Made by a program: the position numbers and the translations under genes. A stretch of DNA of 64,000 nt from a virus. Its lineage: Duplodnaviria > Caudoviricetes. Under the pieces are notes generated by a model, which worked only from the letters and a program-made list of their open reading frames with translations, ran no database searches and was not told the origin of the DNA. Shown here in pieces: positions 29,673-38,861 of the stretch. The stretch's first letter is position 1. Each line of letters starts with the position of its first letter. The stretch covers positions 1,196 to 65,195 of the IMG/VR virus record IMGVR_UViG_2788500615_000003. One strand, given 5' to 3'.

Positions 29673-30080
29673 TCAGACCTTGAAGATCTTGTTGGTGCCG
29701 TTGTCCCAGGTGACGATGATGTCGCCGCCGTTGGGCGTGATGGGCAGGCCGGTGGCCGTGTCGATGTAGGCGATCAGCGGCGAGGTGGACTCGGTGCCGG
29801 TGTCGCGATAGATCACGATGGCCTCGATGCTGGCGCCCGACACCGCAGTGAAGGTCACGTCCGCGCCGTCGGCCGCGCCACCCGTAGTGGTCTTCGCCGT
29901 CAGCGTCACCGGCCCGGCGATGCGCGCCGAGGTCGGGATGTCGGACAGATACTGGTGGATGGCCGTCTGCGGCGTGTACGCGCCGGTGTCCACCAAGATG
30001 ATCTTGATGGTGTCGGTCAGCCAGTTGAACTGGCCTTCGAGGAAACGCTGACGCGCAGCGTCATAGAGCGTGTTTGCCAT
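29673..30080 (-). CDS. Virion structural protein
   Basis: MANTLYDAARQRFL...LPITPNGGDI..W, a familiar small phage structural family. AAGGAG Shine-Dalgarno. Confidence 0.8.
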   Translation of the reverse strand: MANTLYDAARQRFLEGQFNWLTDTIKIILVDTGAYTPQTAIHQYLSDIPTSARIAGPVTLTAKTTTGGAADGADVTFTAVSGASIEAIVIYRDTGTESTSPLIAYIDTATGLPITPNGGDIIVTWDNGTNKIFKV

Positions 30081-30297
30081 GGGTGTGCTCCTTCGCAATG
30101 GGCAAAGAAGCGCACTCCTGCGCGCTGGGTTGGGTTTGGGCCTTGCGGCCCGGTCGGTCGATAGCCACGCTGGCGTCGGCCAGCACCACAAGGCGAGCGC
30201 GCTGGCCGGACTTTTCGGCGAGCGTGACCGTGGCGCCGTTGATCGTGAAGGTCTCCCCCACGCGCAATTCGATGTGCAGCTTCTTGGGCTGGTTCAT
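30061..30297 (-). CDS. CsrA/RsmA-like RNA-binding protein
   Basis: LHIELRVGETFTING-ATVTLAEKSGQRARLVVLADASVAIDR aligns by eye with CsrA (LILTRRVGETLMIG..VTVTVL...GNQVRIGVNAPKEVSVHR). Confidence 0.6.
   Translation of the reverse strand: MNQPKKLHIELRVGETFTINGATVTLAEKSGQRARLVVLADASVAIDRPGRKAQTQPSAQECASLPIAKEHTHGKHAL
30110..30123 (-). promoter_or_regulatory. GGA-loop RNA hairpin GCGCA-GGAG-TGCGC (site C)
   Basis: Identical core, about 30 nt upstream of the ATG at 30080. Confidence 0.6.
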
Positions 30298-30971
30298 AGT
30301 GGGTACACCACCGTCGTCTGGTCGGTGTCCTCGCGGGTGATGCGCCGCATGTCGGCGTCAGGCATGGGGCCGAAGTAGGCGGTGAATTCGCCCTCGGCAA
30401 TCGCAGCTCGGTTGGGGTCGAATGCCTGCGAGTCCGGGATGCTGAATGCGCGATGCAGCGGCCACTGAATCAGCTTCTCGTGGTGCGCCTTGTGGATCTC
30501 GGGCACATCGTCGTTCGCCGTCATCGTGGCGAGCGGGAGGCGGTAACCCTCGATGAACAGCGTACCGGCCGCGGTCGGCGTGTTCACCAGTCGCAACGTG
30601 GTGTCGCCTTGCAGGGCGTAGCGCAGCTCTCCAGCCGGCACCCCTTCGCCCACACGCCAGCCCGGTGCCTCGCGGTCTAGCCAGCCACGCGACACCAGCT
30701 TCAGCTCCACAGGCTCTGGCACCGCGTCCACCAAATGCAGGTTCGTCAGCTCGTAGAGGCTGGCGTGCAGCGGGTAGGTGTGGCGGCCAGCCTCCATCAC
30801 GATCTGGCACACCGCCGGAAGCGAGTCTTCGAGCAGCAGCCGCGCGCGCACCGCGGCCTGGGCCTGCGCATCGTTGAACCAGTCGCGCACGTCCTCATCA
30901 GCCCACAGGTAGGGCGCAACGGTGTCGCGAGCAAGCACACGGAAACGGCGGATGAGCTGCTGAAGCGTCAT
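30294..30971 (-). CDS. Head-tail adaptor protein
   Basis: D...PYLW.D...FNDAQ and PEIH..HH..L..W motifs, located after the capsid genes. Confidence 0.7.
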   Translation of the reverse strand: MTLQQLIRRFRVLARDTVAPYLWADEDVRDWFNDAQAQAAVRARLLLEDSLPAVCQIVMEAGRHTYPLHASLYELTNLHLVDAVPEPVELKLVSRGWLDREAPGWRVGEGVPAGELRYALQGDTTLRLVNTPTAAGTLFIEGYRLPLATMTANDDVPEIHKAHHEKLIQWPLHRAFSIPDSQAFDPNRAAIAEGEFTAYFGPMPDADMRRITREDTDQTTVVYPL

Positions 30972-30974
30972 GGA

Positions 30975-31412
30975 TCAGGGCGCGCCGAATTGGTCGAGCA
31001 GCTCCACCACCTTCGCGCGCATGTTGTCCACGCTCAGGTTCTTGGGCACCTTCTGGCTGAACTTCTCCAGCGCGAACGCCTGCAGGGCGTCCTTGTCCAT
31101 CGCGTTCAGCGATTCCACCAGATCCATGCGACGGTTCTCCGTCTCCTGCAGCGCCTTCTTGTTCTTGTCCGCGTCCTTCAGAAGAGCGGCGGTGTCGTCG
31201 CCCTCGGGCTTCGTCGGCTCGGGTGCCGGCGCGCTGTCCTCGCCGCGCGTGAACACATCCTCGTGGCGCAGCAGCTTGGCGGCCAGTTCGAGGTCGGTGA
31301 CCACACGGGTCTGGCCCGGATTGAAGGGCAAGCTGGAGCCGTACAGGCGGTCGATGAACGGCGTTTCGCGGCCGGTGTACTTCACGGGCACGCCAGGGTT
31401 CGAAGTGGTCAT
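30975..31412 (-). CDS. Phage hypothetical protein (head region)
   Basis: ORF with a GAGGA Shine-Dalgarno. Confidence 0.7.
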   Translation of the reverse strand: MTTSNPGVPVKYTGRETPFIDRLYGSSLPFNPGQTRVVTDLELAAKLLRHEDVFTRGEDSAPAPEPTKPEGDDTAALLKDADKNKKALQETENRRMDLVESLNAMDKDALQAFALEKFSQKVPKNLSVDNMRAKVVELLDQFGAP

Positions 31413-31470
31413 GTGGTGTCCTCGGGGGGTTGCCATCGGGGGAAGGCGTTGCCGCCCTCCCCCATCCGGT

Positions 31471-31950
31471 TTACTGCGCGCCCAGGCGCTCGCCGTGCAC
31501 GATCACGTCCACGCGGCCGGCCTTGGCATTGGCCGCGCCGGCGATGGTCAGCACCAGGAACGCTTCCTTGGCGAGCGTCACCGGGGCCTTGGCGACTGCG
31601 TTGCGGAGGCGGCCCGTGGCGTTGAGCACCAGGCCGGCGCCGAAGTACGCTGCGTCCTGCGGCACCTCGGGGCTGTCCACGCCGTCGATGTACTCGAAGC
31701 CGAGCGAACCGGTGACGGCCGCAGTCAGCGCGGTGGACACAATGACCTGCGAATCTTCCAGACGGAAGCCCGCCGGCAGAGTCTGCAGATACACCTTGTC
31801 GCCCACGCCGAGCGGCGCGTCCGAATTCGAGCGCACGGCAGCGCCGGCAGCGTTGGTTTCGAGGGTGCCGCGCAGCGTGGTGACGTTGCCGTAGGGGGCC
31901 ATGCCGCCGAACTGGTTGATGCCCAGTCCCTTGAGTTTGATGGTGGCCAT
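31471..31950 (-). CDS. Capsid decoration/cement-like protein
   Basis: Beta-rich 159-aa gene directly after the major capsid gene. Confidence 0.6.
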   Translation of the reverse strand: MATIKLKGLGINQFGGMAPYGNVTTLRGTLETNAAGAAVRSNSDAPLGVGDKVYLQTLPAGFRLEDSQVIVSTALTAAVTGSLGFEYIDGVDSPEVPQDAAYFGAGLVLNATGRLRNAVAKAPVTLAKEAFLVLTIAGAANAKAGRVDVIVHGERLGAQ

Positions 31951-32012
31951 GTGAGGCTCCTATGAATTTGGGATGTGAGGGAAGACGGGCCGGGTTGCCC
32001 CGGCCCAGGACA

Positions 32013-33302
32013 TCAGCCGCGCGGCTTGATGATCGGCACAGCGGTATCGAGCACCGTGACGCCGTGGTCGGTGAACTGCACCTCGTCGCCGTGGTCCACG
32101 GCGAAGCGGATCTTCGACATGCCCAGGATCGCGCCGATCAGCAGTTCCAGCTTGTCGCCGTGGTCACCGGGCTCTTCGCTCCAGAAGAACGGCATGCCGC
32201 TGTGCTCGGAAGCTGCGAAGGCCTGCGCCAGCGCCTGGCCGCCGAGCAGGATGGCTCGGTCGATGGCGAACTTGTCGGCAAATGCGGCCGGCACCAGGGC
32301 GTCGGTCTCCACTTCCGAGTCGTAGGCCGCGCAGTAGCGCAGAACGTCACCCGCATAGAAGCGGATTGGCTTCGGCATCTTCACCAGCAGGATGCCTTGC
32401 CACAGGCCGGCATCGCCGAGGAACAGCGGGTGGTCCTTGGCGAGGCGAGCGCGAGCGCTGGCGGCCGCCTGGAAGTTGCGGAATGCCGGGTCGGTCGCGA
32501 AGCCGCTGTACTGCGCTGGCGACAGCAGCATTACGCGCAGCGGGCTGTCGGTTGCGGCTTGGTCACCATCGAACTGCACCGGGGGCGGCGGCAGCGCGAT
32601 CTGGTCGATGTAGGCGCGCACGGCATCCACGGTTCCCATCTTCAGCAGGTCGGTCGAAGCGATGTCCACCTCGCCAGCGTTGACCTTGAGTTGGTCGATG
32701 CCGCCGGCCTTTGCCATGAAGTGGCGGTTCTTGGTCGGCGCCTTCACGCGGTTGACCATGATCTTCTTGAAGCCGGGGTGCGTCTCAACCGGAACCCGCC
32801 ATTCGATGTTGTCGTGGAAACCGCGGGCACCACCCATGTGAACGAGGATCGACTGGTCGATGTAGTCGTTCATCTTCTGCTGCGCGAGCGGGCGGCCCAC
32901 GCGGCGCAGGTCCACAGGGCTGCGGATCTGGCTCATCACATCGCCCATGTCGATGGGGAAGCGGGCCTGGTTCACGCGCAGGCGGTCTTCGGACAGCTTC
33001 ACGCCGACACCCTTGCCCTGGGCAATCTCGCTGCCCATGATGGGGTAGCCGCCGCTGGGGTTGATGAGGTTGAAGACCACCTCGTCGCCCTTGCCCTTGC
33101 CCAGGTCCTGCGCCTGCACGATGGGCATGTGGTTGCTCGACTGCTTCTTGATCGTCGCGATGGCGCCTTCGAGCTTGCGCATCTTGCCCGTGAGGCGGTT
33201 GAGCGTGGTGTTGCGCTGCTGGCAGACGGCGAAGACACCAGCGGCTTGCTGGATCATTGCCTTCGGGTCGCCATACTGCATCTGCGTTTTGGTCGCGGTC
33301 AT
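32013..33302 (-). CDS. Major capsid protein, N4-gp56/DUF4043 family
   Basis: DLGKGKGDEV.F, MGGARG, HPLF.G and RAILLGGQALA motifs. Strong AAGGAGG Shine-Dalgarno. Confidence 0.9.
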   Translation of the reverse strand: MTATKTQMQYGDPKAMIQQAAGVFAVCQQRNTTLNRLTGKMRKLEGAIATIKKQSSNHMPIVQAQDLGKGKGDEVVFNLINPSGGYPIMGSEIAQGKGVGVKLSEDRLRVNQARFPIDMGDVMSQIRSPVDLRRVGRPLAQQKMNDYIDQSILVHMGGARGFHDNIEWRVPVETHPGFKKIMVNRVKAPTKNRHFMAKAGGIDQLKVNAGEVDIASTDLLKMGTVDAVRAYIDQIALPPPPVQFDGDQAATDSPLRVMLLSPAQYSGFATDPAFRNFQAAASARARLAKDHPLFLGDAGLWQGILLVKMPKPIRFYAGDVLRYCAAYDSEVETDALVPAAFADKFAIDRAILLGGQALAQAFAASEHSGMPFFWSEEPGDHGDKLELLIGAILGMSKIRFAVDHGDEVQFTDHGVTVLDTAVPIIKPRG

Positions 33303-33343
33303 CTAGACCTCCTTGTGATGTGGTTCTTCGTGCGCCTCGCGGC

Positions 33344-34450
33344 TCACAGTTGACGGTTCAGAAACGCCTCGATCTGCTCGGGCGACATGCCCTGCATGGC
33401 CTCCGCCATCGAGACGCCTTCCATGGCAGCCAAGCGCTCGTGCGGCGACAGCGCGTCCGCACGACCGCCCGGAATGTCCGAGAGGGATGCGGGTACGGCC
33501 GGAGCTGCAGCTGCGATGGCGGCCTGCGCCGCCGCCTTGGGATCGGTCGCGGCGGTCTGACTCTTTCCAGAGGCCGGGGCCGGCGCCGGTGCGGGTGCGC
33601 TGGCTCCGCCCTTCTTGAAGTTGTCGAACAGCTCGATGACCTGCTCGGTCGAACCCTTCTCCAGTACGGCACGCAGCGTGGGCTGCATGTAGCTGGGGTG
33701 CTGGCCGATCCAGGCCTGCAGCTCGGCGCTCTCCACAATGGAGTCCGCGTCGGGGTGCTTGCCGTAGATCGCCGAGTAGTGGGCTTCCTGGGCGGTCTGC
33801 TGCTGGCGCTGCTGAATCGGCGCAAGCGCCTTTCCGACTTGCGCTTGCACCTGGGCCTGCACCTGCTGGGCCACCAGCGTGCCGATGCCCTTTGCGAGCG
33901 CCTCTTCGGAGAAGTCTCCGAAGATCCCCGGATCGACACCCTGTTCGATGGCTGCCTGTGCGGCGGCCACTTGGTTGTCGGTCTTCGTGGGCGCCTGGCC
34001 GGCATCGGCACGCTGCTGTGCCTGGGCCTGCAGGTCAGCGAGCTGGCGCTGCGCGGTCTCGGCCTGCGCCTTCCAGTGCTGCTCACCCTCGCGGGCCTGC
34101 ACCAGCTTCTCGTAGGGGATGGTGTGCTTTCCATCCTTCGCGAGCACGACAGCGTTGGACGCATCGTGCTCGGTCGCGGGAGCTGCTGCAGGCGCCGCGG
34201 CGGGCGCAGGTGCTGGAGCGGGTGCGACGGCCGGGGTCGTTGCTGCGCCGTTCGTCACTTCGGTGGACTTGTCCACCACGGTCGTGGTGGCTGCGTCGGA
34301 TGCGGGGGTGGTCGTGGGCGCGCCACCGTTGTCCAGCGTGGTGCTGGTGTCGCCCGTTTCGCCCAGCTCCAGGAGCTGCGCGGCCTGCTCCGGCGTCAGT
34401 GCGCCGTTGATCTCGGTGTTCTGGAAAAAGTCGTTGGTTGATGTCGTCAT
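33344..34450 (-). CDS. Scaffolding protein
   Basis: Acidic and Ala/Pro-rich, DGKHTIPYEKL motif, directly upstream of the capsid gene. Confidence 0.75.
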   Translation of the reverse strand: MTTSTNDFFQNTEINGALTPEQAAQLLELGETGDTSTTLDNGGAPTTTPASDAATTTVVDKSTEVTNGAATTPAVAPAPAPAPAAAPAAAPATEHDASNAVVLAKDGKHTIPYEKLVQAREGEQHWKAQAETAQRQLADLQAQAQQRADAGQAPTKTDNQVAAAQAAIEQGVDPGIFGDFSEEALAKGIGTLVAQQVQAQVQAQVGKALAPIQQRQQQTAQEAHYSAIYGKHPDADSIVESAELQAWIGQHPSYMQPTLRAVLEKGSTEQVIELFDNFKKGGASAPAPAPAPASGKSQTAATDPKAAAQAAIAAAAPAVPASLSDIPGGRADALSPHERLAAMEGVSMAEAMQGMSPEQIEAFLNRQL

Positions 34451-34454
34451 GCCT

Positions 34455-34588
34455 GTCCCGCCACATATCGCCGTGGCCGCAAGGGCCAGCAATCCGGTGC
34501 AGAACCTGAACGGCCCTGCTCCATCTGCTATGGAGACTCACGCCCTTTCGGTCGTGACCTTCGCAACTGCACTCGCGCGCGGTTGCTT
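34455..34588 (-). ncRNA. Candidate structured leader RNA of the scaffold/capsid operon
   Basis: About five consecutive hairpins, including GNRA loops (GCGA, GAAA), between promoter 3 and the ATG. Confidence 0.4.
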
Positions 34589-34594
34589 GGGGGC

Positions 34595-34637
34595 AGTGTG
34601 GGAAGACAGGCTTAAAAGACGAAACCCTACAGGGGGG
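34595..34637 (-). promoter_or_regulatory. Late promoter box 3 (CCCCCCTGTAGGGTT-N22-CACACT)
   Basis: Motif copy with the exact spacer. Confidence 0.7.
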
Positions 34638-34639
34638 CG

Positions 34640-35578
34640 TTACGCCGCGGGTAGGTCGATGAACGACATGCTGAAGTGCTCTCGATCAACTTGCGCAGAC
34701 TGCAGCTGGATGTGCTGCGCCTCTGGGTCGGATGCGAGCCGACGAATGCTCTCGACAACAGCCATCGTGGCATTGGCGCCACCAATGACCCTGCGCACCG
34801 CGGCCTTCGGTATTGGCCATAGGTGCAGGGGGAACCGATAAGGTCCTCTGTATTGAGTTTGGCTGTAGCTAAGGGGCATGAACATGCGCCATTCACGCTC
34901 GTAGCTCCAGCAAGTGCCCTTCACCTCGAAAATTCCGAAACTCATTTGCGTGAGGACGACGGCGGGGCGGGAATCTGAGTAGCTCACCGGACGAAGGAAT
35001 CCATACTCGGCGGCAAATTCCGCGGCCTCCTGCGCGTCTGCGTTCGCGTGGGCGGGCGGGACCTTGCTCTGAAAAAACTCGTGCGCTGTGTCGAATTCCA
35101 CTACGAAGCCTGTGTGGCTCTCGCCGTAGTGCGACCACATCAGGAGATTGGCCGGATCTTCGGTCAGGCAGAACACTCCGATGCCAGCATTCGCCATGTC
35201 GGTGACTCCGCTCGCCATCTCGGGATACGCCTTTCCCCGGATCGCCTTCAACTCCTGTTCGACGTCCGCTGCCTTCGATAGCCGAAGCTTCGTGAGAAAT
35301 TGGTCTTGGCTGACACGGGCTCGAAACCCAGGCCGTTGCTTGGCGTAGGCCTCGACCATCCTCTCTTCCCACACCTTGCCTGCCTGCGCTTCCTCTTCTT
35401 CCGCCGTTCCCCAACCGGCAACGTGCGGGCTGAATTCAAAGGGGTCATTCATCGCACCCGGTTGGCTGAACCGAACATGCCAGTTACCGAAGAATCTAGT
35501 TCCGGAGGGTGAAAAATACTTGAACAAGCTCCGCGGAGGCGCGGGGCGAGCATTGGCTGCGGGTAGCTGGTCTGTCAT
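34640..35578 (-). CDS. DUF2971-domain protein (moron)
   Basis: NDPFE, VFCLTE...LLMWSHYG..HTGF.VEFD and K...WSYEREWR motifs. Confidence 0.85.
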   Translation of the reverse strand: MTDQLPAANARPAPPRSLFKYFSPSGTRFFGNWHVRFSQPGAMNDPFEFSPHVAGWGTAEEEEAQAGKVWEERMVEAYAKQRPGFRARVSQDQFLTKLRLSKAADVEQELKAIRGKAYPEMASGVTDMANAGIGVFCLTEDPANLLMWSHYGESHTGFVVEFDTAHEFFQSKVPPAHANADAQEAAEFAAEYGFLRPVSYSDSRPAVVLTQMSFGIFEVKGTCWSYEREWRMFMPLSYSQTQYRGPYRFPLHLWPIPKAAVRRVIGGANATMAVVESIRRLASDPEAQHIQLQSAQVDREHFSMSFIDLPAA

Positions 35579-35678
35579 AGGCCCACCAGGATTTTTGAAG
35601 GCCCTGAATGTACGCGCTGCCTGCCTCTGCTTGCCACGCCGATTCGCTAGGTGGCTTCGCATGCCGCAGAATTGCTGC

Positions 35679-36509
35679 ATGGACCAGAACCAGCCACCTC
35701 CCGACAAGCTCGTGCCCGACAGGATCCACGCCGCCGTCCAGGCCAACAAGGCTGCTCTTCAGGGACTGCTGAACGCCGTAAGGAACACCCTCGAAACCCT
35801 CCGTCCTGAGTTGGAATATCTCCGCGACTCGTGGGTGAAGATGGCGCCGTCGCTTGCCGACCTGATAGTGGCTTGGGACAAGATGCCGGGCGAGTACCGC
35901 GACGCGTTGATGGTCGTTGCGAACGAAGGCTGGTATCTCGACCCGGACGAGATGGCGTTTGACGAACCGGCCAGAATTGCACGCGCCTACTCAGACGGTC
36001 GTCACCAGGAGGCCGAGAACCAGTTGCTGGCGCACTTCAGGGCACGGCTCCCGGGCATTGAGGATGCCCTTATTCAGCAGTTCCCGGCTCGCACTGCGAT
36101 CCTGAGGCAAGCGTTTGAAGCCCACCGTCAGGGGCTGTACTTCGTATCAGTGCCTACGCTGTTCACGCAGATCGACGGCGTGTGCATGGATATCTCAACC
36201 CACCACCTCTTCATGAAGGGTCGGGGCGAAACGAGAACAGGCGTCGCACCATATGTCGATCAGATCGCCGACAACGCCCTCTCGCAGGCGATGTTGGCGC
36301 CGTTCCTGGAGCCTCACGCCGTTATGCTCAGTGAGAAGCAGAGGGCGCCAGGCTTTTCGAAGTTGAATCGCCATATGGTGCTCCACGGCGAGTCGTTCGA
36401 CTATGGCACGGAGGCCAACAGCCTCCGCGCCGTCTCGCTGCTGTTCTATGCCGCACGCGCACTCAGCGAGTTCGGCACAACCCCGACAGCTGCACCGAAA
36501 ACCCCTTAG
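35679..36509 (+). CDS. Putative HEPN-like protein (moron, opposite to the late operon)
   Basis: Helical protein with LNRHMVLHG (Rx4H) near the C-terminus. Confidence 0.6.
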   Translation: MDQNQPPPDKLVPDRIHAAVQANKAALQGLLNAVRNTLETLRPELEYLRDSWVKMAPSLADLIVAWDKMPGEYRDALMVVANEGWYLDPDEMAFDEPARIARAYSDGRHQEAENQLLAHFRARLPGIEDALIQQFPARTAILRQAFEAHRQGLYFVSVPTLFTQIDGVCMDISTHHLFMKGRGETRTGVAPYVDQIADNALSQAMLAPFLEPHAVMLSEKQRAPGFSKLNRHMVLHGESFDYGTEANSLRAVSLLFYAARALSEFGTTPTAAPKTP

Positions 36510-38848
36510 ACCTGGGCCGGGGCGCGCTCCAAGTTGTCCGCGGTACGCGCAGTTTCGATTCCGTGCATCCCACGTTGGGGTTGCTGCGGAACCGGCGGGA
36601 AACCAGGGCTCGTGTTCTCCCGCACCGGTGCTCCATCAGCCTCTTCCGCGGCCAGTGCTGGCCGGCCCTGGCCCTGGATGTAGGGATCCTTCATCTGCAC
36701 CGCAGCGGTCTCTCCCGGCACGGGGAAGTTCGGATCATCGCCACCCGGGCTCGGCTGCTTGTAGCCCGCGCCCTGCATGATGCGGTCCGCGATGGGAGCG
36801 ATCATCGGCATCGTGGCCACCTGGGCGCCGCCCTGCATCGCGGAGAACGCGGCCTGCACTCCGATCTGTACGGCCTGGGCCATGATCTTCTTGATCTCGG
36901 CGTCGTTGCGCGCCTCCTTCATGTCCAGCTCGCGCGCCTTCAGCTCGTTGCCCGCCTGCGCCAGCGCCTGCTTCACGGCATCGTTGATGCGCTGGTCGAT
37001 CTCTTCCGGCGTCGGCTGTTGGCCGGCCGCGCGCAGCGCCGCCACCAGGTCGCGCTTGAACGGCACGTCCATGAGGCTCGCGAGGAACGGCATCGCCGCG
37101 GCCTGGTACTGCGGCGGCAGGCTCTTCACCGCCTCGCTCATCGCGTTCAGCTGCTGGCCGCGATAGCTGGAGGTGCTCGGCACGTCTTCGAGCGCAACCT
37201 TCAGGCGGGTGCGCTGCAGGTCGTTGCTGAGGTAGGCCGTGCCAGTCGCCGGATCCGTTTCCGGCTTGTTGAGGAACACCGTGCGGTCAGGCGTGATGGC
37301 ATCACCTTCGATCACCACGGTATGCGGCTCGCGCCCCATGTCCTCCACGATCATCGCCAGCAGCAGCTCGCCGACCTGCGTGCGTGCGGCCTTGAAGTTG
37401 TCCATGAGGCGCGCCAGGCTCTGGTTCGCCTGCTCCACCTGCGTCTGCTCCTGCAGGCCACTGGTCGCGGTGCCGCGCCGACCGGAGAAAGCGCCAGCGG
37501 CCGCCGGCGACACGCGCTCCAGCGCCATACGGGCGTCGGCCAGCATCTGCAGCTGCTGGTCGGTCAGCTGCACGTCGCGCTTCACTTCGAAGCGTGCGCC
37601 AGGCTGGGCCATGTGAGCGGCGTTGAGCACGATGTCGGCATTGCGCCGGCCCACCTGGCGACGCACCTGCTCATCGGTCATGTCTGTCGCACCCTTTGTG
37701 CGCTCTACGCGGTAGGCCGTCATGCCCCAGGTCATCGCGGCGGTGCCGCTGTTGAGTCGGTCCTGCTGGAAGATCATGCCACGCACGATGCCGTACGGGA
37801 CGCGCGTGTTGTCTTCGCGGAATCCCCAGAAGGGCACATAAGGGAAGTGCCGGTGCGTGTAAGGGCTCGGTCCGTCGTGCAGGCAGTGCGGGCCGAGCCA
37901 GAAGCTGCGACGCACGCGAGCGATTACGGAGCGCTGCGGGCGCACCAGTCCGCGGGCCAGCGCATAGTTGTGCGTCTCGTTCGCTTCGTCGTACTCCACC
38001 ACGCGGCCGTCGGGCGCGCGCAGCACCACCACGTTCACCCAACGGCGATACCACAGCTCGGCCAGGCACACGTCCTTGCTCACCGGGTCGTACCAGTGAT
38101 GCTCGGCTACGGTCCAGGCGCGCGCGGCGTCCCATGCGCCTGACGTGAGGCCTGTTGAGGTGCCACCGTCGAACGTGTCCGGCGAGTAGTTGACCCACCA
38201 AGACTGGCCGTGCTTGCCGCATTCGCGGATGAGATCCTTGTGCTTCGGAAACACCTTCACGAGCCGGCTGGGGTGCAGCCACCGCTTGCGACGCAGGAAG
38301 CGCGCATCGCTCAGGTCGTCCTCCGTGGCGTAGAAGTCCCAGTGGATCTCATTGCGGTGCACGGCGCTGCAGCGATACGCATACTTGAAGGGGTCGGACT
38401 CGCGCGACACCTCCACCCAGCCCAGGCCTACCGCCGTCTGGGGCCGGAACGCATCCGAGCATGCGCGGTCCGCCTTCGCGTGGCGCTCGGCTTCATTGAG
38501 GCGGAAGTTCAAGGCATCCGCCACGTCCTGACCGTCCGGCTGCCCGTTCGGCGTTACGCGCCAGTCCGTGCGCACCGTGGCCTCATAGCCCTGGATCGCC
38601 AGCAGTGCCGGGCCGATCAGGTCTTCCTTCGCCGGCGGGATGCCGAGTTCGCGTTGGGCCGCCAGTAGCTCGGTGTCGAGCTGGTTGCCGTCGGCATAGT
38701 CCAGCTCCTTGTCGGCCACCGCGCGCCAGGCGGGCTGTTCCTCGATCTCGCACAGGAACTGCCGGTACTCCGCCAGCGAAAGCGCGCCCTCGGCTTCGAA
38801 GTCATCTGCGGTGCCCTCTTCAGGGATGGTGTCGGTGTTGGGGGTCAT
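36506..38848 (-). CDS. Portal protein (P22-like)
   Basis: DYADGNQ, GLGWVEV and FPYVPFWG motifs. 780 aa, directly after the terminase. Confidence 0.88.
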   Translation of the reverse strand: MTPNTDTIPEEGTADDFEAEGALSLAEYRQFLCEIEEQPAWRAVADKELDYADGNQLDTELLAAQRELGIPPAKEDLIGPALLAIQGYEATVRTDWRVTPNGQPDGQDVADALNFRLNEAERHAKADRACSDAFRPQTAVGLGWVEVSRESDPFKYAYRCSAVHRNEIHWDFYATEDDLSDARFLRRKRWLHPSRLVKVFPKHKDLIRECGKHGQSWWVNYSPDTFDGGTSTGLTSGAWDAARAWTVAEHHWYDPVSKDVCLAELWYRRWVNVVVLRAPDGRVVEYDEANETHNYALARGLVRPQRSVIARVRRSFWLGPHCLHDGPSPYTHRHFPYVPFWGFREDNTRVPYGIVRGMIFQQDRLNSGTAAMTWGMTAYRVERTKGATDMTDEQVRRQVGRRNADIVLNAAHMAQPGARFEVKRDVQLTDQQLQMLADARMALERVSPAAAGAFSGRRGTATSGLQEQTQVEQANQSLARLMDNFKAARTQVGELLLAMIVEDMGREPHTVVIEGDAITPDRTVFLNKPETDPATGTAYLSNDLQRTRLKVALEDVPSTSSYRGQQLNAMSEAVKSLPPQYQAAAMPFLASLMDVPFKRDLVAALRAAGQQPTPEEIDQRINDAVKQALAQAGNELKARELDMKEARNDAEIKKIMAQAVQIGVQAAFSAMQGGAQVATMPMIAPIADRIMQGAGYKQPSPGGDDPNFPVPGETAAVQMKDPYIQGQGRPALAAEEADGAPVRENTSPGFPPVPQQPQRGMHGIETARTADNLERAPAQV

Positions 38849-38861
38849 GGGTACGGTGCTC

